Below are positions 11,801-20,219 of a DNA stretch of 64,000 nt, piece after piece. Origin of the DNA: Octopus sinensis (taxonomy: Eukaryota); contig NC_043003.1 in the NCBI RefSeq assembly GCF_006345805.1, forward strand, positions 21,886,001-21,950,000. The letters are read 5' to 3'. Numbering within the stretch: the stretch's first letter is position 1; every line of letters begins with the position of its first letter. The translations under genes were made by a program, and so were the position numbers. The notes under the pieces are model-generated. The model was not told where the DNA came from. It made no database searches and saw nothing but the letters and a program-made list of their open reading frames with translations.

Positions 11801-14800
11801 CATGTGGTTGGGAAGCAAGCTTCTTACCACACAGTCATGCCTGCATCTATGTATGTATTTATGTATGTATACTTTTTCTTTTATTGGTGGCAGTCATTGG
11901 ACTGCAGCAAGAGCGTTAAAGATTTTTAGGGAATTATATCACCTCCAGTACAATGTCTGGTTGTGAAGCAAGCTTCTTACCCACACAACCGTATCTGATT
12001 TAATGGATCTTGATACGAAAATGCAATTAGACAGTTACTTCAAGGGAGGTAACTCAGTAAGATACTACTACCATAGGATGTTCCCGTTTGAATTTATTAT
12101 ATATGTTCACTCTCCACTGATATAAACATGCAATAGGCTTTCCCAGTTTCTACCTTCTAAATTAACCTCGTAATTCATTGGTCAACGTCTTGATAGAAGA
12201 TGCACACTTACCCGAGGTGCTACACAGAGAACTAGTTGAATTTGCTTTGTTCAAATATCTACTGTATAGCTTTTACACACACACACAGAGTGAGAGATAA
12301 ATATATACCATATGGATAGTTCTGTGTTCTTTTCATGAAATTTTCAAATGTTTGCTTCATTTTAGAATGTACCCAATACATCCCAAAACTACGATCTCTG
12401 TGCCATTATGCTTGGCACAGGAAATCTCCTAAGTTGGATTGGTGTTCTCCGCTATCTTGGATTCTTCAAAAAATATAATGTAAGTTAAAAGCTTTTCACT
12501 TTATTTTCATGCAATTATCATTGTACTTGTCATAAATTTATCTTTTTTCCCCCAATCAAGAGGAAAAGCAGATACAAACGTCATTCAATGTTATGACTTC
12601 TTTTCCATGCTTGTTGCATGGGTTAAATCAGTGGTTCCCAAGCTAGCGTCTGTGGACCCCTGGCGGTCCATGAACTAATTTCAAAATTTCATATACATAC
12701 ACATACATAATGATAAACATATTAAAAGGGATCTGTCAGAAAACTCATTTAAATAAATGGGTTGGGAACCACTGGGTTAGATGTCATTGAGGTATTGTTT
12801 TACAACTGGATGCCCTACTTGTTGCTAACCCATTACTGTTAAGTAACAGGTCTCTTCATGTAAATTCTAAAGGTGTGAAGCAAGTGGGTGATTTCCGATA
12901 CCTAGCAGAACTTCCTATGTGCGGAAAATGTTGTAGACATGAGCAAGATAATGAACTTATTGTACTCTGTGCACCTGAGTACTGTGTACACTATAATCAT
13001 ACACACACGCACACACATTAATGCAATCACACACACACACACACACACACACTAACGCAATCATACGCGCACACACACACTAACGCAATCATACGCGCAC
13101 ACACACACTAACGCAATCATACGCGCACACACACACTAACGCAATCATACGCGCACACACACACTAACGCAATCATACGCGCACACACACACTAACGCAA
13201 TCATACGCGCACACACACCAATGCAATCATATGCACACACACTGACGCCATCATACATGCAGTGATTGTGTCAGTGTGTGCACTGACAAATTGAAATGAC
13301 TGTCTTAATCTCTGGACAGATAAATGGTGGGTATGTAAGCTCTGAAGAGAATTCCCAATGAGAACTCAAACCAGTTTCGCCAAAACTTTGTCTAGGGAGA
13401 ATTTAAGACATTTGTTTACATTTTTTCCAGTGTATTTTATTACATATCACAGCAATTGCTAAAATCTAGTACTTCTTGCATAAGGAATATCCTATTACAC
13501 ATTTCCCTTACCCAAAATGTTTTCCTTATAATTTAGATATGCTGGGCTTACCAAACAGATAGGAGCAAGGAAAGCTTTATGAAATTCACAAATAGTCTTA
13601 TTGTTTAAATCTATGCCAACTCTATCTAGCAGATATTTGACCAAAAACATTCCAGTTATGACAATCCCACCTTTTTAAGTATACGTAAGGGTACATTATT
13701 TTACTTCATGTGTCCTTACCTGATATAAGGTAATGGAATATGATAATGTTTTGTGAGACTGGTTGCTTTTTTAGCAGGTAGTGACTACATAGCTGCTACC
13801 TTGTTGACTTAGTATTTTACAGTGGTAAGGATGAGATCAAGTTTTGAAGTGGAATTAGTTATACAATGCTGCATAATTTTATTTCTGTTTTCAGATTTTG
13901 ATATTGACCCTCAAGAGAGCTGCACCAAATGTTTTACGTTTTCTTACTTGTGCTCTACTTATGTACTTTGGATTTGTGTTTTGTGGTTGGGTTATATTAG
14001 GTCCTTATCATATAAAGGTAAGTAGACTTTATTGGTGAACACACCACAGCACACACCATACCACACACACAACCCACCACACACCACGACACATATATGC
14101 ACGCACAACACATGTATGCACGCACAACACATGTGTGCATGCACAACACATGTATGCATGCACAACACACGTGTGCACGCACAACACACATGTGCACGCA
14201 CAACACATATGTGCACGCACAACACATATGTGCACGCACAACACATATGTGCACGCACAACACATATGTGCACGCACAATACATGCAAGGACACAAAATC
14301 CATGCACAACACATGCAATCACGACACAAAAAGTGCACATGACACACAAAGCGAATGCACGACACACACACGCATGCACAACACAAAGTTCTCGCACAAC
14401 ACATACACACACAAAGCGCACACACGACTCACACGACATACAAGCGCACACACACATGTGCATATAGACCCAAGTGCACGTATGCACAAGCACTGCATGC
14501 ACACACAAGCGCACATGCATGCACACACAACAAATTAAACTCTCTGATGCTGGTGATATGTTGCACACAGTTCACTCTGTAATTTGGTTGGTGTTATAAA
14601 GGGCATCTTGCCAGAGAAATCTGCCAACAATGGATTGAATGAACATGTGGTCCAGGAACTTTTCTATGAGGGCAGTGACTACAAATAAGAACTCTAAATT
14701 CTTTTTTCTCTATCTTTCTCAACCTGCGAGTGAATTAATTAGCATATTCTTTTCTGGATTATTATTATTAAAAAAAGGTAGCGAGCTGGCAGAATCGTTA

Positions 14801-17800
14801 GCATGCTAAACAAAATGATTTCTCTTTTATCTCCTTTACTTGTTTCAGTCATTTGACTGCAGCCATGCTGGAGCACCACCTTTAGTCGAGCAAATGACTG
14901 AAACAAGTAAAGGAGATAAAAGAACTGCTAAGTTACAGGGACGCAAACACACCAGCATTGGTTGTTAAGCAATGTTGGGGGGGGGGACAAACACAGATAC
15001 ACAAACATATACACACATATACATATATATGACGGGCTTCTTTCAGTTTCCGTCTACCAAATCCACTCACAAGGCTTTTTGGTTGGCCCAAGGCTATAGT
15101 AGATGACACTTGCCCAAGGTTCTATGTAGTGGGATTGAACCTGGAACCGTGTGATTGGTAAGCAAGCTACTTACCACACAACCACTCCTGTGCCTTCGTA
15201 GCATTTCGTCTGTCTTTACCTTCTGAGTTCAAATTCTGCCAATGTTGGCTTTGCCTTTCAGTTGAGCACTGGGGTCAACATAATTGACTTAACCCTACTC
15301 CAAAAATTGCTGTCCTTGTGCCAAAAATTTGAAACAATTAAATGTTAAGTATAACAAAAGTTGATTTTATTTCAGTTATTCTAGAATATTCAGTAAATCT
15401 ACCACACACAAATATTATAAGCAATTGTACCATTTCTTTATTCTTGTTATTAATCTGAACACTTTTGTTTTGTCTTTTCTACCAGTTCCGTCATTTGAGC
15501 ACCACATCAGAATGTTTGTTTTCTTTAGTCAATGGTGATGATATGTTTGTGACTTTCTCTGCATTGCAAACCAACAACAGTTTCATTTGGTTTTACTCCC
15601 GTGTCTATCTTTACTGCTTTATTGGCATCTTCATCTATGTTGTGCTAAGTTTATTTATTGCTGTCATCATGGATTCTTATGAAACAATTAAGGTAAGAAC
15701 TGCTATTTGTAGATATTTACCTTAATTTTTACATTTTTTTTTTGTTTTAATTGAGCTGCAGCTCTTGTACATTTGCATATAAAAAAAAACAGTGTCTATT
15801 TTATCACAGAGCATTTATTGTTTCAATGCCCACTTTTGTATTCTTGCATGGATCGGATGGAAAATGTTGAGAGTGATTTCTCTATGCTTTGATCTTCTTT
15901 TCACCAACCCTCAGTTTCCAAGTGGGGTAATAGTCTCCTGAACTATCAGACAATAAATAGCCCAGACATAGTTACAAGACATTTTGTTTACATAAATCTC
16001 AACATGTCAAAATGTGTCAAGAAGGCTGAACATTCTTTCCCAGTTGACTGCAGACATATGACACTGTATTGAAAAAAAAAAAAAGGCTGCAGTTTTGTTT
16101 ACAGACACCAAACACTTGTAAGGACACGGGAAATACACACACTAATACAATCATACACACACACTAACAATCATGTACACACACACACTAACAATCATGT
16201 ACACACACACTCTGACACTATCACATACTCACACTAACACCAACACAATCACATACACACACTCCACAATCACATACACACACACTCCACAATCACATAC
16301 ACACACACTCCACAATCACATACACACACACTCCACAATCACATACACACACACTCCACAATCACATACACACACACTCCACAATCATACACACTAACAC
16401 AATCATACACACACACTAACACTAACACAATCATACACACACGCACACTAATGCAATCATGTACACACATGCACACTAATGCAATCATGTACACACACGC
16501 ACACAAGCACAATCATGTATACACACACACAAATAATCGTACACGCACCCACAATCGTACATGCACCCACAATCGCATACACACACACCCACAATCGTAC
16601 ACACACACACCCACAATCGCATACACACACACACAATCGTATACACACACATTAACATACTCGTACACACATGCACTAGCCCATAAATATATGCATGCAT
16701 ACACATGCACAAATACACACACATGCATGTACATATGCACGCATGCACACACACAGCCTTCATTTTCTGCTTACCAGTTTTACTCCTAAGCATTTGATTG
16801 ACCCATGATTATTGTATACAACATTAGCCGACTGTCCTCTCAGTGGGACTGAATCCCCTACCATGTAGTTTCTGAACCAAACAGCTATGCTTATACATAT
16901 ACCACAGCACAATTTGAGGATCCCTGCTGTAGCTTGAAGGGTAATAAATCCTAAGTCTAAATCTTTCATCTGACAATGCCTCACCCTAAGTAAGCTATGT
17001 TCTTTTAGTCTTCCGGATTCACTGAACATATGTAAATACTAAATAAATTTAAAACTAATATATGCAGGCATGTCTTTGTGGTAAGTACATGGTTCTGGGT
17101 TCAGTCCCACTGTGTGGCACCTATGGCAAGTATCTTCTACTATAGCCTCAGACCAACCAAAGCCTTATGAGTGGATTTGGTAGGCGGAAACTGAAAGAAG
17201 CCTGTCATACATCTATATGTATCTGTTTGTCCTCACACCTTCGCTTGACAACTGATGTTGGTGTGTTTACATCCTTGTAACTTAGTGGTTTGGCAAATGA
17301 GACTGATAGAATAAGTACTTGGCTTACAAAGAATAAGTCCTTAGGTCGATTTGTTTGACTAAAGGTGGTGCTCCAGAATGGCTGCAGTCAAATGACTGAA
17401 ACATGTAAAAGAATATAGATAGAAAATCTTGTGAACAAAAATGCAAATTATGTGAATACCATCCAATGAGAGCTTCATTCTGCTAGAAACGGCAGCCAAA
17501 TCATCTAAAATAACACCTTACCATCTTGAAAAACAAGATGGTATAATAATGCATAATACTTTTGACCATAGGCTGGCTCACTTGAAGTTCACCCTTACAT
17601 TTTATTGTCATCACCAATGCCATCTTCATCATTTTATGTCTGTTTTCCATACTGGTCAACAAGATTCAATAAATTGGAAGGCCACATGAATTCTGAAACC
17701 CATCCAATGCTTGCTAACAGAGAAAATGTTTATAAAATTGAAGAACGAAAAAATAATTCTCAATGAAATTCTTTCACAAATATTTTTTTTTCTCTTTTGA

Positions 17801-20219
17801 ACTTTTTTTTAGCATTATTATGAAAATGGTTTCCCACGCAGTGAATTATTTGAGTTCATAGATGAATGTACTGATCCTCCTCACTCAGAGATTTATCGCC
17901 AAGAACTACGGGGTTGGGACTGCAGCACTGTGTTTTGTTTCTGTTGTAAAAAGTAAGTATTTATTGCTTTGAACATCTCCATTTAACGACTGTTTTCCAT
18001 GCTGGCATAGGTTAGATGTTTTGATTGAAAATCTGATTTGGCAAGGTTTCTATAGCTGGATGCCAACCACTCCGAGAGTGTAGTGGGTGTTTTTTTACTA
18101 TAGCGTCACATTTGGCTTGACATAGACGCAGGAGTGGCTGTGTGGTAAGTAGCTTGCTTACCAACCACATGGTTCCGGGTTCAGTCCCACTGCATGGCAA
18201 CTTGAGCAAGTGTCTTCTACTATAGCCTCAAGCCAACCAAAGCCTTGTAAGTGGATTTGGTAGACAAACTGAAGGAAGCCTGTCGTATATATATATATAT
18301 CATCATCATCATCGTTTAATGTCTGCTTTCCATGCTAGTATGGGTTGTATGTGTGTGTGTATATGTTTGTGTGTGTGTGTCCCCCATCAGCATCGCTTGA
18401 CAACCGATACTGGTGTGTTTACATCCCCATAACTAGCGGTTCGGCAAAAGAGACTGATAGAATAAGTACTAGGCTTACAAAGAATAAGTCCTGGAGTCGA
18501 TTTGCTCGACTAAAGGCGGTGCTCCAGCATGGCCGCAGTCAAAATGACTAAAACAAGTAAAAGAGGTCTACACAAGCATGGTGTATCACCAAATGTCTCG
18601 GTCACCTGTCATTGTCTCCATGAGGCCTGATGCTTAAATGGTGCCTTTTACGTGCCACCGGCATGGGTGCTAGTCAGATGGCACTGTCCACAACTATGAT
18701 TTCACTTGGCTCGACAGGTCTACACAAGCACAGCATATTGCCCCACTGTTGGAAGGGTGCTTTTTATGTGCTAGTTATACGACACTGGCATCAGCCTTGA
18801 CTATGATCTCACTTCGCTTGACAGGTCTTCTCAAGCACAGTATATTGCCTTAGTCACTTGTCATTGCCTCCATGAGGCCCAAAATTCTTAATCTTTTTAT
18901 CAGTCCTCTACACGCATTTCTCTTATTGGAAGCCAACATTTCAGTTGTGTTTAAAATCTGCAATGATTGCTTGATTAGTGACTAGACTGCAAACCAAGAA
19001 AGGGAGCCTTTACGTGTTGGCTCAATCCACTAGCAATAACAGCCAAATCTCCCTCAAATCATACCATATTGAAGGGCAACATTTATCTAATGTTGCCATC
19101 GTTAAATTAAGCCTTAGAAAATAAACAAGATGATAATGGCTTCAGTGCTTGTTACGCTACGTTTGCTCGATCAGGTGTGACTTAGATCAAACAACAATCA
19201 CTAAGTGAACTCGTCCGTCTTGCTAGCTGTGTGAGGTTGCCATTAAACAAGGGACATAACTTTGTCAGATATTCACTAATAACATGTTTTACCTCATTGT
19301 TGTATACTTGGTCTTAGAATGAATACGTAAGCATATGACGTGGGTACAACAGGGTATGGATATGTGTTGGAGACATGATGAATCTCTCGAGATGTCATAA
19401 AACATTGTTTTAGCCTAATCTACGTTTATCCCTAACTACAGTAAGTTATAGGGTAGTTGAACTAGACAGATTATGTGATTAACAGATCAAGTTTAGTAAA
19501 TAAAGATTCTATGTCTACGGTAAACTTTTTATGTTGCTTTATATTAACACATAAAGCGCGACGGGTCCTGATAGAGGCCGTCAGGCCACGATCGTGGCCC
19601 AGATAGATGCATGTAATTTATGGGCGTTTGTTAATTCAACTAATGACTTTTCAGATGATGTAAAACTTGCCACCAAGATGATTTTTTTCTCTGCTGTTCT
19701 TGACCCTTGGCTATCTTTTCTGCTTCTCTCAAGTTGTATCCTTGCTTCTTGCAGCTTCCATTCAGATTTTGCTGCACCACATCATGTCTCCCTGAGAAAA
19801 GGCCTTTCTCTCCCAGGTCTTGTTAGTTTTGAATTGTCATTGAAGCATCTGTAACCATTTTTTTTTTTACTAGGTGTGGGTTTTTAGCCTGACACAAGTC
19901 CATTTTCCTCTCTGGAAAGAGGTGATTCTTATTTGTCTGGTCTTTATCCTTTGACCTATTCGGCTCCCCACTTGGAGCTTGTATTCAGCTAGCACATGAA
20001 CCCCCACCCCTACCCCCAACAAGGACTTGACCTTGTGGTGAAACACATTCTAACCATTTATTAAAAAAAAAGCATGTCAGTTAACAGAACTTTCAAATCT
20101 ATGCATTAAAAAAAAAAGACATTGTTACTTATAGTAGTTTTTTAAAAATCTTTTTTTAAATTTATTTTTTTAGTCGAAATCCAGAGGAACTTGAGGAATC
20201 CACACGTTTGATTGGCTGA
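325..20219 (+). CDS. MCOLN: Mucolipin/TRPML channel gene (mucolipin-3-like), 5'-partial, 10 coding exons in window
   Basis: Exons 325-424, 1112-1208, 2343-2433, 4846-4967, 6429-6578, 12366-12479, 13895-14017, 15486-15692, 17813-17952 and 20174-20219 join in frame through GT-AG introns. The translation contains the TRPML hallmarks [35 protein letters not shown] and [17 protein letters not shown]. Confidence 0.97.
1112..1208 (+). CDS. MCOLN: Mucolipin exon, luminal domain ([32 protein letters not shown])
   Basis: Acceptor ctctag|, donor |gtgagt; 97 nt; aligns by eye to the TRPML LVNVTIHF...PDCYTFSV segment. Confidence 0.88.
1791..2018. mobile_element. piggyBac-type MITE (TTAA|CCCTTT...AAAGGG|TTAA)
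   Basis: TTAA target sites and CCCTTT termini; related copies at ~6990-7275 and ~58755-58945. Confidence 0.7.
2343..2433 (+). CDS. MCOLN: Mucolipin exon ([31 protein letters not shown])
   Basis: Acceptor gaacag|, donor |gtgagt; ITFDN motif. Confidence 0.93.
2585..3186 (-). mobile_element. Non-autonomous Penelope-like/retrozyme-type element: partial tandem repeat (347-bp period) plus inverted segment, 12-bp TSD
   Basis: 2597-2706 repeats 2944-3050; 2885-3000 is inverted at ~3070-3177; tttaaactatta flanks both ends (2585-2596 and 3175-3186). Confidence 0.7.
2762..2800 (-). ncRNA. Candidate minimal type I hammerhead ribozyme
   Basis: Minus strand reads CAGA-CUGAUGA-U-GAG-CAAUAA-CUC-U-GAA-ACUAGU-C-UCUG: full core, palindromic helix III and a 4-bp helix I. 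The U/U opening of helix II is non-canonical. Confidence 0.6.
3451..3985 (+). mobile_element. Internally deleted Tc1/mariner-like element
   Basis: Terminal inverted repeats gtctgatcaaaa...ttttgatcagac; ORF 3597-3875 ends in [30 protein letters not shown], resembling a mariner HTH segment. Confidence 0.55.
4034..4536 (-). mobile_element. 5'-truncated RTE-clade LINE (RT C-terminus) with (GAT)n tail and 10-bp TSD
   Basis: ORF 4054-4434 ([15 protein letters not shown]...LRFFGHV...[20 protein letters not shown]); tail reads catcatcatc on +; TSD agcttgacat at 4034-4043 and 4527-4536. Confidence 0.92.
4846..4967 (+). CDS. MCOLN: Mucolipin exon, S2 helix ([40 protein letters not shown])
   Basis: Acceptor tttcttcag|, donor |gtaagt; matches TRPML FDVVVILTCSLSFLLCARS. 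Confidence 0.93.
5085..5500. mobile_element. Two oppositely oriented copies of tRNA-SINE family B
   Basis: Head ggcagcgagctggcagaaac at ~5341 and its complement at ~5280; shared central motif tttcatcctttc(g/a)gggt(c/t)gataaa. Confidence 0.75.
6429..6578 (+). CDS. MCOLN: Mucolipin exon, S3 ([50 protein letters not shown])
   Basis: 150 nt, AG/GT bounded; matches [22 protein letters not shown]. Confidence 0.96.
7700..8620 (-). pseudogene. Decayed RTE-like LINE reverse transcriptase fragment
   Basis: Frameshifted minus-strand peptides ([29 protein letters not shown]) resemble the RTE RT C-terminus. Confidence 0.45.
10431..10665 (+). mobile_element. tRNA-SINE family C with CORE-like central domain
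   Basis: A/B boxes (tggcttagtgg, gatttcgattcc) then ttcttgaacaa...ttcacgttgctccagtccactcagctgg; related copies at 25914-26190 (-) and ~41530-41760 (+). Confidence 0.7.
10705..10895. mobile_element. piggyBac-type MITE, second subfamily
   Basis: ttaaccctttcgttac...gtaacaaaagggttaa; related copy at ~55076-55303. Confidence 0.65.
11251..11845 (-). mobile_element. SINE family A interrupted by SINE family B (11467-11697)
   Basis: 11-bp TSD ctttcagtttc at 11456-11466 and 11698-11708. Confidence 0.85.
12366..12479 (+). CDS. MCOLN: Mucolipin exon, S4 ([38 protein letters not shown])
   Basis: Acceptor ttttag|, donor |gtaagt; 114 nt; matches [23 protein letters not shown]. Confidence 0.96.
12629..12774. 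mobile_element. hAT (Charlie-like) MITE
   Basis: TIR cagtggttcccaa / ttgggaaccactg; 8-bp TSD ggttaaat / ggttagat. Confidence 0.85.
13005..13260 (+). repeat. 28-bp minisatellite (taacgcaatcatacgcgcacacacacac)n
   Basis: Direct repeats with period 28 visible at 13052-13220. Confidence 0.95.
13895..14017 (+). CDS. MCOLN: Mucolipin exon, S5 ([41 protein letters not shown])
   Basis: Acceptor tttcag|, donor |gtaagt; 123 nt. Confidence 0.97.
14035..14530 (+). repeat. CA-rich minisatellite with 19-bp core (gtgcacgcacaacacatat)n
   Basis: Period-19 units at ~14100-14280, degenerating outward. Confidence 0.93.
14778..15335. mobile_element. SINE B (+) split by SINE A (-, 14822-15195)
   Basis: B head at 14778 resumes at ~15196; the A copy has head, internal microsatellite and tail in reverse. 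Confidence 0.8.
15486..15692 (+). CDS. MCOLN: Mucolipin exon, pore loop + S6 ([24 protein letters not shown]...[15 protein letters not shown])
   Basis: Acceptor ctaccag|, donor |gtaaga; 207 nt; NGDD selectivity filter. Confidence 0.98.
16130..16755 (+). repeat. CA-rich minisatellite with 23-bp core (cacaatcacatacacacacactc)n
   Basis: Period-23 units at 16245-16385. Confidence 0.93.
17064..17412 (+). mobile_element. SINE family A (CpG-decayed)
   Basis: B box ggttcagtccc, gagtggatttggtag...ctgaaagaagcc, tail caaatgactgaaac. Confidence 0.85.
17813..17952 (+). CDS. MCOLN: Mucolipin exon, C-terminal tail ([46 protein letters not shown])
   Basis: Poly-T tract then ag|, donor |gtaagt; matches SELQAYIAQCQDSPTSG plus the Cys cluster. 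Confidence 0.93.
17985..18900. mobile_element. RTE-tail non-autonomous element with nested SINE A (18124-18565) and a further (CAT)n-tail fragment (~18300-18345)
   Basis: tttaacgactgttttccatgctggcat start; internal subrepeats resume after the SINE tail at ~18566. Confidence 0.75.
19660..19990 (-). mobile_element. Decayed RTE-like LINE 3' fragment
   Basis: Minus-strand peptide ERPFLRET...[21 protein letters not shown] resembles the RTE C-terminus. Confidence 0.4.
20174..20219 (+). CDS. MCOLN: Mucolipin last coding exon ([15 protein letters not shown])
   Basis: Strong acceptor tttttttag|; phase matches; ends in an ExxxLI dileucine-type motif and TGA. Confidence 0.88.

Noticed and set aside
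13005-13260. Regular repeats as a CRISPR-like array
   Set aside because: Eukaryotic context with head-to-tail units and no unique spacers.
13335-13385. Hammerhead-like ctgaaga-gaattc...gaactc-aaaccagtt
   Set aside because: GAAA is broken and no helix I pairing is found.
14029-14568. Long ORFs (up to 179 aa) on both strands
   Set aside because: Stop-free artefacts of the CA/TG minisatellite inside a mucolipin intron; the same applies at 16.2-16.8 kb.
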